Below are positions 52,318-64,000 of a stretch of DNA of 64,000 bases, piece by piece (the stretch's first letter is position 1; each line of letters starts with the position of its first letter). Source of the DNA: Octopus vulgaris (taxonomy: Eukaryota); assembly GCA_951406725.2 (NCBI GenBank), contig OX597821.1, positions 15,314,001-15,378,000 of the forward strand, read 5' to 3'. The position numbers were made by a program, and so were the translations under genes. The notes beneath the pieces were generated by a model. The model was not told the DNA's origin. It worked only from the letters and a program-made list of their open reading frames with translations, and ran no database searches.

Positions 52318-54268
52318 TTACTAGCCACCAGGGACGAACACGAAACCTAGAAAATGATACACAAAGGAGGGAGAGTGAGGTTAAATGTGTAAACAACCAA
52401 CAAGCACAATGATTAACGAAGGGATTACATCAGCAATATGCTTCCCCAATAAGGGGAGTCCAACCGTAAGGTGACCAAAAATATCTTACACACTTTTGAC
52501 CCCTTCACATCAAAGGCTACTCAGGAAGGCACCGTCTCTTCTTCCACCCGGCCTTCAGCACACACTTGTAGTAGGTCCATTCACGCCACATTCACCAACC
52601 TTTCAACGAACTTACTGGGTGACAGTACCTCCCTCACCAGCCTCAATTTCCTTTTCAGGTGGAACCTGGAAAATTCAATGAAGCCTTAACTAAAGAAGAA
52701 GGCACCCGTCTTCAAACATTTCAATCGCGTCTATAACACAACCACTTCTGCCATAGTCACGAGACAGTGAAAAGTTGCCCTCCCTTCCCGGCCAAAAGAA
52801 GGAGATAGGACGATATTCACTATGGATATGGTCGATAGCCGAATCCATCTTACACACCACAATAACTGCTCTACAAACCTCCACATGTCAGTAATGCGCG
52901 AACACTGTACGAGAGCATGCAGAATGTTTTCATCTTTCCGCATACATCTCGGACAAGCCAGAATGACTGTACACCCCTACCTGTAGAGTTTATCTCGAAC
53001 CGGCAGTGCCACCTTGTGGCACTGCCAGTCCATGGATTTCTGGAAGTTGTCCATATCTCTCGGCCCACAAGTCCCCCGGAAGTGACCAGCCAGTTGATGC
53101 CCAGGACATCTCCGAGTACGTCGTCGCTCTTGCGCTCCACTAATACCCTGTAGAACTACAAGGTGGAATTTCCACCGACCGAACTGACCGACTGGCCGAG
53201 GGCTATGAGCATCTTTCGACACTCTTTGTGTGAAGCGCCCTTCTTTGATCTACGCCTGATCCTCGACTGTAGCTCCGTCAAGGAGATTAGCTGCGGGAAA
53301 GCGCGTTCAACAAACGGCGACCACACCTGCTCACTGTTAAGGTATCACTGAAAATCACGCAGCCCCAGTCACAGCATGCCCAGTCCTCCACACAACGTAT
53401 GCTGACAGCTAATAGACTGTGTGACAAGCGGTATCTGTCCCCTCCACAGGAAGCGAAAGAGCAAACAAACCAGCCAGCTCAGCCATGCAGAGGGGCAAAG
53501 GATGACAGTCAGGCGGTAGTATATGACGGATGCGGTGTATACATTCACCACCTCCGCCTGACCATTCAGGGACAGCTTCCTCTCGGTCCATTTCTGGATG
53601 AGACTGGCCAACCTGTCACCTCGCCCCAGTTCTTGTCCACTCGGATATCCGGACCGAAGCAGACCCCGAGCAACTTAACAGATACTTACGTCCAGCGCCC
53701 CACAATGCATGGCAATGGGCCTGCCTCTCCAGGCACCGAGTTGCAGGCCCACTGACTTCAGGTCGATCATTGCTCCTGTAAGCGCTTCGTTTTTACCTTA
53801 GGGTTGTGCTGACCATCTCGATTTCTGACATGTCCGACGCTATCACAGTGACGCCGTCCGCATATGCCGACACGAACCTTTCGCATCGCAGTTCACGTGG
53901 GATGCTTCTCGAAACCTCCAGCTTCTGCAGTAATGGCTTGAGTGCTAGTACGTAGAGAAGGGGTGAGAGTGGACATTCTTGACGGACCAAATGTGCGATA
54001 CTAAACGATTCCGAGAGGTGGTCATTTACTTTGTCCGCTGAACATATGTCACTGTACATTGCAGCGATCCAGTCTCTGAAAATGGGACCGAAACCAGCCA
54101 ATTTGAGGACAGCCTGCAAGTACAGGTGGTCGAAACTATCAAGAGTTTTCGATTAATACAAATGGACCAGGGCTCTACCCGTGCATGCTTCTTTACCAAC
54201 CCTCTTTATGATCTATTGCGTGAGATGGAATTTGTCATGTATAGTTCAGCTGACACTGCAGTACACCT
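52318..54268 (-). mobile_element. 5'-truncated, decayed L1/Tx1-like LINE (RT, zinc knuckle, 3' UTR)
   Basis: VRQECPLSPLLYVLAL, SAYADG (YADD), WTERKLSLNG, FRFLWRG and ENILHALVQC motifs across frameshifted ORFs; (TAA)n tail. Confidence 0.9.
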
Positions 54269-54334
54269 CTAGCGTTAGAAGCTGTGCAAAGGCAATAAAT
54301 AAATAAATAATAATAATAATAATAATAATAGTAA

Positions 54335-54860
54335 TTTTGAGGGATGGGGCATGTCGATAACATCGACCCAGTTGCTCAACCGGTACTTATTTTACTCACC
54401 CTGAAAGAATGGACGAAATGCCGCTAAACATTTTGTCCGGCGGGCTAAAGAGGCTGCCAAATGAAAATAAATCTTTTTAATTTTTGGCACAAAGCTAGCA
54501 GTTTGGAGGAAAGAGGAAAGTCGATTACATCGGCCATAGTACACAGCTGATACTTGGTTTACCGACTTCGAAATAACTAAAAGCGAAGTCGACCTCGGTG
54601 GAATAGAATTCAGAAAGTAAAGATTTGAAAGAAATACCACAAGATATTTTTTTCCTGATGCTTAAACAATTCTGCCAAAATAACACCCTAAGTAATTTGA
54701 AATGTGGGCACAATGCTAGAAGTTTTGTAGATGGGCGAAGGATGAGGAGTCAGCATCAGTTAATGCAGATTTTTTTTATCCATCTCGTTGGAATGTAAGG
54801 CAAAATTTAACATCGGCGAAATTGAACTCAGAACACTAAAGGGCTGTGGTAATATACTGC
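54335..54860 (-). mobile_element. Three degraded SINE family B fragments
   Basis: Repeated ggcacaa.gctag...gtcgat.acatcg...aaagtcgacctcgg blocks. Confidence 0.55.
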
Positions 54861-55124
54861 GAAGTATTTTCACCTCAGCAAGTAGCCGAAGGAAACGGCT
54901 GTGGGCATGATGTTTACTATTTATATATTTTAGGATTCGTTCCCACTGACTGAAGTTTTAGGCAAGTATTATTTGCCTTAGACTCGCATCAATGAAAGCC
55001 ATTTTGGTAAAAATTTATAAAACAATAACTGTACAGAAGCCTATGGGACGAAGTATTTCTTTTCTTGCATGTCATTCTGTTTAACATTACTTCCCAGCTG
55101 TTGGGAGTATTTGGTGGAGGACAA

Positions 55125-55541
55125 TCTCTTTACTCTTTTACTCTTTTACTTGTTTCAGTCCTTTGACTGCGGCCATGCTGGAGCACCGCCTTTAGTCGAG
55201 CAAATCGACCCCGGGACGTATTCTTATTCTAGACCAGTACTTATTCTATCGGTCTCTTTTGCCGAACCGCTAAGTGACGGGGACATAAACACACCATTAT
55301 CGGTCGTCAAGCAATGCTAGGGGGACAAACACAGACACACAAACACACACACATACATGTATATTTATACATATATACGACGGGCTTCTTTCAGTTTCCG
55401 TCTACCAAATCCACTCAGAAGGCATTGGTCGGCCCGGGGCTATAGCAGAAAACACTTGCCCAAGATGCCACGCAGTGGGACTGAACCCGGACCCATGTGG
55501 TTTGTAAGCAAGCTACTTACCACACAGCAACTCCTGCGCCT
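55125..55541 (-). mobile_element. SINE family A, full length
   Basis: Head ggcgcaggagttgctgtgtggtaag on the minus strand; (GAGTAAAA)n-type tail. Confidence 0.92.
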
Positions 55542-56445
55542 GCTGCATTTATTCGGTCATCTTGTTTGAGACTAAGTTCCCTTCAGTAATTTTTGAGGTA
55601 CTGTAAAACGATTAAAATTGCAAACTTCTTCCCCAAACTATACCATGTAACACTGAATAAAAATGGCTACAAGTTTATATGAGAAGAAAGTAAAGTCGAT
55701 TGTATATAATTGGTTTTTATTTCATCGATTTCAAAGAAGTCGGAAATCACTCAAACACGGTCCATATTGAAATGAAGAAATAAAATTAAAATGCAATCCA
55801 ATATTTTAATACTATACATTTCTGACACTCTGTATGGAAGAAAGTTCGTACTGATGTGGTGTACATACTTTTTACATCTCAGTTGAGACTAAGACATAAA
55901 TATAATGATTGTATATTTATTAGGTTACAAAATCTATGTTGGTTTTTTTTTATATATTTATTTTTAGTTAATTTATATCAAGTAATCTTTACTAATAGCA
56001 GCATTGTCTATATTTGCGATGACTTATACAGCGGTTAGTATTATCATTGAACAAATAATTCTGTGTCACTCGCGTAAAATAGAGACGTCCTTATTTTCAA
56101 CTGTATCGCTTGCACTTAGCGATATATGAGTTGGTAGGATATTCATTCACTCATTCATTCGTTCATATATACATACATACCTTTTAACCAGAATGTCACG
56201 TATTAAAATTGAACCAAAAGCAAGTTTATTTATTTAAGACGCGTGTTCTCTGTTAAGATCTACAGCGAGAAAGAATGTTGAGTTGTTGAGGTCAAATGTT
56301 ATGTCATCCTTCCTTGTTAAATGAGCGTTTAAGTGACCTAAAATCCTACAGACATGTGTAACCTTAATGTCATTTACTGGTTGAATAAGAGTGGCACAAT
56401 ATGATAATGTGCTCATGATGATGATGATGATGATGATAATAATAC

Positions 56446-56920
56446 TAAAGCAAATATTCTGCTCAATAGTTTTGTCTTGGTATAAAAGATGGGCTACAGC
56501 AAATATTCTGCTCAATACCACAGATTTGCTTGTCAGTTGTTTGACCTTAACCAGTTAAGCATGTCTGATCACGAGCAGAAGTAATGGGGGAGTATCATAG
56601 CCGTGTGTTAAGAGGGAATCTTTGGGGATTGAATAATTCACCTCTGGAAACATGGGTGTTTCGTTCAACATCCTTAAACAACCCTTATTCAGGGACCTTT
56701 TGAGCGGGATGTGTTATTCGACCAGAAGAAAATTCTAACTGGGCCCCACCTGCAAGGTCATGTGCTGTTTATCTTGATATGAGATCACCATGCCGCGCAC
56801 ATATGGTTGTGATGCATGTACCTAGTGTACCCTTATCAGACGGGTAGTCATGATGGGTACACTGGGCTTCGTATAGTTTACCCCAGTGTCACTTTGATGA
56901 CATGACCTGCACTCTTACGC

Positions 56921-56921
<1 letters not shown>
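56446..56921 (+). mobile_element. Non-coding element inserted in (TAA)n, copy 2
   Basis: Homologous to 9325-9743; duplicated gcaaatattctgctcaata at the 5' end; followed by (TAA)n. Confidence 0.8.
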
Positions 56922-56959
<38 letters not shown>

Positions 56960-56991
56960 TATAATAATAATAATAATAAAAATAATAATAA

Positions 56992-57553
56992 TCCTTTCTA
57001 TTGAAGTCACATGACCAGAAATTTGTGGAGAGGGGTCGAGTCGGTTATATCGACTCCAGTGTTTCACTGGTATTTAATTTATCAACCCCGAAAGGATGAT
57101 AGGCAAAATCAACATCGGCTGAATTTGCCTTGCTCAATACGGTAACGATTCTACTAACTCACCCATTTAGTAATGGCTTCAAATTTTAGCACAAGGCCAG
57201 TAATTTCGAGGGAGTGGATAACTCTTTTGCTTCCAATTCAGTGCCCAACTGGTACTTATTTTATCAAACCCGAAGGATGAAAGGCAAAGTCGACCTTGAC
57301 GGAATTTGAATACAGAACATAAAGACGGACGAAATGCTGCTAAGGATATCCTCCAATGCCTTTTACTCTTTTATCTCTTTTACTTGCTTCAGTCATTTGA
57401 CTGCGGCGATGCTAGAGCACCGCCTTTAGTCGAGCAAATGGACCCCAGGACTTTGGAAGCCTAGTACTTATTCTATCAGTCTTATTTGCCGAACCGCTAG
57501 GGGACGTAAGCACACCACCATCGGTTGTCAAGTGATGTTGGTGGGGACAAACA
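56992..57553 (-). mobile_element. Two SINE B copies followed by the 3' half of a SINE A
   Basis: B cores near 57075-57120 and 57250-57340; A tail 57360-57553. Confidence 0.75.
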
Positions 57554-58430
57554 CCAAAAGTAATAAAAATAATACATAGAAACGCCCCAGTCATAGACAG
57601 ACACATTATTTATCGATATCAAAATCATGAACGGCAAAGTTGTTCTCGGCAATATTCGAACTCAAAAGCACAACGTATACGAAAATGTCTAATATCCAAC
57701 GAACAGACGATCCCACCAACTAGGTTGCCGTGACGTTTACTCATAAGATTGCTTCTGTATGAATACCATAACACTCGTTAGGTATTTAAGTTCCAGCTAA
57801 GATTTAAGTCTCGGCAGCAGGAGGGCTGTAGCGTAGTGGGAAGTGGGGTGAAATCTGAATGGAAATATGATGCGCGTGATGATGTAGTGAGAGTAAGAAA
57901 GAATGTTGGTTAGAGGCAAAAAACAGCGTGTCAGTAACAGGTTACGAGAGAGTAAAATTAGAAAAGCACAGCGTGTAGAAAGATCCTGGGGTAAAAAAAA
58001 GAGAGATGATGAGTGAGAAAGAAAGGTTTTGTGTATGTGTGTGTAAGTGAGGGTGTGTAGGAATGAAAATGAAACAAACGAAAAAAAGTGTACATGTAAT
58101 ATTATAGATAAATGAACGAAATATTTTACTGTAAATACGGAAGATACAGGGAGAAATACAAAGACAGAGAGAGATAGAGTGTGTGTGAGTGAGTGAGGAG
58201 AGGGAGAGAGAGAGAGACATAGAGAGATTCAGAGAGAGAGAGAGAAGGAGAGAAAGGGGAGGGAAGAAAGGAAGAAAACAGAATAGACGTGTGCAGTAAA
58301 AGAAATTGCAAACAAACAACGAGACACACAGTAAATGTGTGTGTGTGTGTATGTACGTATGTGAATAGGCGGGTGGGGGCGTGGTGTGTACATGTGTGTG
58401 TGTGTATAAGAGCGTGTTTATATATATATA

Positions 58431-58658
58431 TATTTCTTTACTACCCACAAGGGGCTAAACATAGAGGGGACAAACAAGGACAGACAAACGGATTAAGTCG
58501 ATTACATCGACCCCAGTGCGTAACAGGTACTTAATTTATCGACCCCGAAAGGATGAAAGGCAAAGTCGACCTCGGCGGAATTTGAACTCAGAACGTAACG
58601 GCAGACGAAATACGGCTACGCATTTCGCCCGGCGTGCTAACGTTTCTGCCAGCTCGCC
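58431..58658 (-). mobile_element. SINE family B, tail type 1, young full-length copy
   Basis: Near-exact reverse complement of 59040-59270. Confidence 0.93.
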
Positions 58659-58659
58659 T

Positions 58660-58710
<51 letters not shown>

Positions 58711-58817
58711 ACATACATGCATATATGATATGTAAAGATAGGAAGGCTGCGTGTGGTAAGAGAGATTCTAAAGTAAGACACTGAGAGAAAAACAGATTGC
58801 TTGTTAGTGTCTACGAC

Positions 58818-58866
<49 letters not shown>

Positions 58867-59039
58867 TGGAATACGTAGGGGCGGAAGTGACGGAGGCATA
58901 GTTATGTTGTGCGTTATTACTCATGAAGTTCACACATTTAGTTCGATCCTTCTGCATGACATCTTCGGTAAGTGTCATTACCAAAAGTTCATGCCGACCC
59001 ATCATATGTGAATTCAAGTGAGTCAACAGAAACTGTATG

Positions 59040-59270
59040 GGAGAGCTGGCAGAAACGTTAGCACGCCGGGCGAATTGCTTAGTGGTATTTCGTCTGCCGC
59101 TACGTTCTGAGTTCAAATTCCGCCGAGGTCGACTTTGCCTTTCATCCTTTCGGGGTCGATTAAATAAGTAGCAGTTACGCACTGGGGTCGATATAATCGA
59201 CTTAATCCGTTTGTCTGTCCTTGTTTGTCCCCTCTGTGTTTAACCCCTTGTGGGTAGTTAAGAAATAAGA
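59040..59270 (+). mobile_element. SINE family B, tail type 1
   Basis: Flanking direct repeat atgggaga (59037-59044, 59271-59278). Confidence 0.92.
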
Positions 59271-60183
59271 ATGGGAGATAGTCATGAACACTACCTGTAA
59301 TCAAAAGGTGTAGTCATTTTTCTATATTGTGTCACGCTGATACAGAATTGAACTACACATCTCTATGGTATACGCAACCAACAACCAATTGCACGTTAAT
59401 TCAAATAAAAATCAGACAGTTTCGTACATTCAACTGGCTGATCCATGGACGTAAAAATTCATCGTCGTCATCATCATCATTATTCTTATCATCATCACCA
59501 ACCTCCCCTTACTCATCATCATCATCATATAAGATGATTAGTCTCCATTATTATTCATGATACGCGAAGGCACTAAACAATGGGTTGAAGACAACAAATG
59601 AAGTACAAATTAATAAGAGTCTTATGCCTACTTACTCCTTAATTTATAGACGGACAGCAGAGAATCCGATATTACCCCGCCGCATTAGCAGAGCTCTATT
59701 TTTCACTAGAACACATTTTGAATAAGATCCAACCTCCACGTTGTGGTTCCCAAGTCTACTTGTAGCGGTAAAAAACACTCCTAATTTACTGCATACCACT
59801 AAACTGGAATCATTATATCATGCAACATATAAAATGCCCGAAAGTAAGACAAAGTTGCTCAATGTAGAATTCGTTTTGGTAATGGGCACAATACAAGCAA
59901 CAGGTTTTCACGTAGTTTCTGTCCAGGCAGTGTTCCTCATAAGGTTTAGAATGAATATTGTGACAATAATAAATGACACTAGAGACGCTGTGTGATGCAG
60001 TTTCAACTCAGGATTTTATGATTGTAATCCTAGCACCTTATTCAATCGTGGCTGCGTCTAAGACATCTTAGCGCTCGCGCACTCACACACACACATACAC
60101 GCACACACACGCATGCGAAATAAAGTAAGATAACAAAGCCAAGGCATTTTAATATTCCTAGGGCATTTGTAAATAGAAAGGTG

Positions 60184-60286
60184 GTCTCACAGCTGTTTCA
60201 GAGTAATAAACGGTATCCCCTCATCAGAGACGAATTAAAATCTCTGTTAACTCGTCTCTGAGAATGGGACAGCATTTATTTCCCTG

Positions 60287-60290
<4 letters not shown>
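60184..60290. ncRNA. Inverted pair of hammerhead motifs
   Basis: Minus 60184-60231: gtct-CTGATGA-gggga...tct-GAAAC-AGCT-GTG-agac; plus ~60254-60290: gtct-CTGAGAA-tggga...tccct-GAAAC, truncated by (CA)n. Confidence 0.65.
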
Positions 60291-60347
<57 letters not shown>

Positions 60348-60984
60348 AACACACACACACAGACACACACACACACGCACACACACATATATATTTACAC
60401 ACACAAACTCAGGGAGTGGACAGGTAAAATCCAGGTTACACAGGTTTCTTAGCTAGCAGATCATCTGACGTAATAATTACTCAACGAGGGGTACTCAAAC
60501 AGGTGCTCATTTGGTTGAGGATATCAAAATCATATGAAGTTTACACTGTCGTTTGGTAATCCAAAGTTAAGACACTGTCGATGTTATTCGAAAATCCATC
60601 CGTTTATACACATATAAGTGCATCACACAATGCAGATACTCACACAAAGACACAGACACACGCGCATATATATATATATGGATGTGTATATATTTAATCC
60701 TTCAGGAATTAGACTATGGCTTTGATGTGTCACCGCCTTCATGCGTTTAGTTGATCAAAGGGGTTCCTGAACTTATTTTCGTATGTAAGTTTGGTACTTG
60801 TTTATTGAATTTGGTAGTCGATCCGTAAGAGTCTGGATATAAAGGGGCGTCAGCATAATCCACACAGGATTAAAGACGAGTGAAAAACGTTGTAAACATA
60901 AACAAAGACACACCCATCATAAGCACAAACACAGACTGTGTTTGAGTGTGTGTGTGTGTATGTGTAAGTGTGTGCGTGTGTGTG

Positions 60985-61345
60985 TGTGCTTGCTCATATT
61001 GTCTTCATTGTGGAAGTATGGATTCGGAAACCAGGGTGTAAACAAACACATACTCGTGTGTGTGTGTGTGTGTATGGCTTGCCCATATTGTCTTAAACAA
61101 TTGTGGAAGTATGGATTCTGAAACCAGGGTGTATACAAACACATTCTCATGTGTGTGTGTGTGTGTGTGTATGTGTGTGTGTGTGTTTGTGTTTGTGTAC
61201 TTGCCCATATTTTCATAAAGAATTGTGGAAGTATGGATTCGGAAACCAGGGTGTACACAAACACGTGTTCGTGTGTGTGTGTGTCTGTGTGTGCGTGCGT
61301 CTGTATGTGTGTGTGCATGTGTGTGTGTGTGTGTGTGAGTGTGTG
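60985..61345. repeat. Three-copy minisatellite with (TG)n spacers
   Basis: cttgc.catatt...ttgtggaagtatggattc.gaaaccagggtgta.acaaacac near 60989, 61078 and 61200. Confidence 0.9.
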
Positions 61346-62049
61346 TAGATACCGTTGTTGCATATATTGCTATCATGCCGAATCTGCTAAGTATTCTATA
61401 TACATACCTATAACTAAAAACATAAACACAAACGTAGGCTATTTCTCCACCTACGACTCTGATTTCACTCAATCGTTGTTTTTCAATCTAAGATTAATTT
61501 AAAGAACAAACTCCACAACTACATGATGTCATGCTGCTTCAACAATAGAATTATCACGAAGTATATTTATCATCTTTGATAAGTAAGCTGTGCTCATCTA
61601 ACTCTTTCACTAGAGCAACACACTCACCCTCTTTATTACATGCATATATCAACTATTGTGCATTTGTACAGCCATGCAAATCTATTGATTTCTGTGCATG
61701 TGAATGTATTTATGTATGTTATTGATTTGTGAACTTGTGCGTGTATTTATATATTAATTTTGTATGTGTGTGAATAATCTGTTAGTTAGAGAGGAGAAGA
61801 CGGAAAAAGAGCGAGAAAGAGAGAGAGAAAGTGTGCGTGTATGGGTGTGCGGGGGGGGGATAGAAAGATTAGGAGAGACAGAATGTGTCTGTGTATGTAA
61901 CGTGTGTGCATGTTCTTTCAATTATGTTAACGTGATATTCTGGGAAGATTTGAAGTGAAAGGAAAGTAAGTGATGGCATGATATTTCTGGTGATATCACT
62001 TGTGACATTTTACCTGTCATACAGATATAAATCCTTGGCATGCTTAATC

Positions 62050-62635
62050 AAGGATCCTCTACGTGATTTTAGTGACTTGGTTAGAAATAGCAGCGGAATC
62101 TCCCTCAAATCATACCGTAACATCTTCAAAGACACGACACATTGTTCAGCGTGTCAATACAGTCCAAGGGACACTATAACATACCAAAAACAGCTTGTTG
62201 ATCATGGATTTATTGGGATTAATGAAACAACATCTCGATCCAGGGGCTGATGTGAGGTTAAACAACAATAATATGAACAACAGCAATAACAACAGCAACA
62301 ACAAAAAGAACGACAGCTCCCATGTAAATTCAGTTAAAATGAAATATAATGGCATTGAAAGCATGAAATATGATTAATGAGTCAATAAGGGAGCCTAAGT
62401 GGATTTAATAAATATTTAAAAATTCAAAATAAAGAAAAAAACATGCGTAATGTTATTGCTGTTTAACCCCAAGTCAGACCTTATTGAGCATATTTTTGAG
62501 TAAAAATGTAGTTTCAGCCAGGTTATGACGTCTGTTTAGTATGATCTTGCCTTAGATTTACATTATACAACATATGTTTTTGTCATTTATCTCAAGACGG
62601 TATGATTTGAGGGGAATGCATGTGGCTGCAATTTT
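62050..62635. repeat. Two old SINE-like copies in tail-to-tail orientation
   Basis: ccctcaaatcataccgt (62102) versus acggtatgatttgagggg (62597); ggttaaacaaca versus tgtttaacccc. Confidence 0.5.
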
Positions 62636-62883
62636 TAACTGATTAAATGTCCACAAAAAAAGGCTCTCTCGGTGCATTGGGGTAGATTTGGTCGATCTAC
62701 CCCTCTGAAAAGAGTGGGTTGTGATTTTATTGATCTCGTAAGGATGAAAGAGTTAGTGATTTCAAATTCAGAGACATAAAACTTAATACCTGTAAGGATT
62801 TCCCTCGGTTCTAGCATTTCTGTCATCAGATAAAAGAAGGAAATAAAGCGAATAATGAGCGCGGCTATTTAAATATTTAAATG

Positions 62884-62938
<55 letters not shown>

Positions 62939-62968
62939 CGAGAGATAGATAGAGAGAGAGAGAGATAA

Positions 62969-63006
<38 letters not shown>

Positions 63007-63271
63007 AAGAAGAGTTATAGAATAAAAGAAACTTTCAGAAAACAAAGGCAACAAGAAAAAAAGAATTAAAATAACGGAATTTAAAAAAGAAATTAAATCA
63101 AAGAATAAAAGTATTTAGATGATCCAGAACATGCATAATAATTCTTCCTAATTTTGTCACAATGCTTGGAATTTTAAAGGGAAGGGAACATGTTGAGTAC
63201 ATTGACCATAGTTCTTCAGTGGCACTATACTTTATTTATCCCGAAAGGAGAGCTTGCACCATAATAATAAC

Positions 63272-63477
63272 GGTTTCAAATTTTGACTCAAGGCCAACAG
63301 GCCAGAGGTAGGGGACAAGTTGATTACTTCGATCCCAGTGCTATAATAGTACATATTTCATCGACCCTTACTTGACGAAAGGCAAAGTCGACTTTGGCGG
63401 AATTTGAACGTAGAAGGTAAAAGCGGACGAAATGCCGCTAAGCATTGTGTCCGACGTGCTAACTATTCTTCCAACTG
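63272..63477 (-). mobile_element. SINE family B, diverged
   Basis: gaaaggcaaagtcgactttggcggaatttgaac. Confidence 0.75.
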
Positions 63478-63635
63478 GTGGAGATAGTGTATCTATAGAA
63501 AGCAGTTCTACGTGGAACATCACAAATGCTTTTCATATTTCGAGAAGCCTGAACGAAGAGCGTAAACTTTAATCTTCTGGTTGTGGACAGCTGACACTTG
63601 TTACATTCTCCAGCAAGCTGCTGTGCTAAAACACG
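63478..63635 (+). mobile_element. Degraded R4/Dong-like 3' end
   Basis: L*KAVLRGTSQML; ctggttgtggacagctgacactt...ccagcaa matches 52166-52205. Confidence 0.6.
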
Positions 63636-63724
63636 ATAACAATTGTTTCAAATTTAGGCACACGGCCAACAGTTTTAGTGGGGCAGGAGTTAAGTCAATA
63701 CTATTGCCTTGATTAGCGTTCATT

Positions 63725-64000
63725 TATTCTTTTACTTGATTCAGCTATTTGACTGGGACCATGCTGGAGCACCGCCTATTAGTCGAAGAAATCGACCCAT
63801 GGACTTATTCTTTGTAAGCCTGGTACTTATTCTATCGGTGCCTTTTGCCGAACCGCTATGTTACGGGGACGTAAATACACCAACACTGGTTGTCAAGCAT
63901 TGGTGGTGAAGGCCACACACACACACACACGCTAACACGCATATACGATGGGCTTTTTTCAGTGTCCTTCTACTAAATCTACTCACAAGGCTTTGGTCAG
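63725..64000 (-). mobile_element. SINE family A, runs off the window end
   Basis: Tail and central modules present. Confidence 0.85.

Noticed and set aside
60985-61345. CRISPR array
   Set aside because: Eukaryotic context, spacers are (TG)n, units are too long and there are no cas genes.

Overview
AT-rich, microsatellite-dense eukaryotic non-coding DNA, most likely an octopus genome. That assignment is inferred from the tRNA-derived SINE families and the microsatellite load, not from a search. No host gene can be assembled, and nearly all ORFs in the track are microsatellite or repeat artefacts. The window holds three tRNA-headed SINE families (called A, B and C here), 3' fragments of CR1-group, R4/Dong-like and L1/Tx1-like LINEs, an internally deleted mariner, non-autonomous Helitrons, a probable solo LTR and several foldback palindromes inside (TA)n arrays. 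The most notable signal is a set of at least seven minimal type-I hammerhead-ribozyme motifs with palindromic stem III. They include a 470-bp tandem plus inverted Penelope/retrozyme-like unit (48.6-49.3 kb), an intact motif at 29.8 kb, and a G3:C8 core-swapped variant in a short TSD-flanked element (26.3-26.5 kb). SINE tails can be matched to LINE 3' ends in the same window, including a stem-loop with compensatory changes. All structures and alignments were read by eye.
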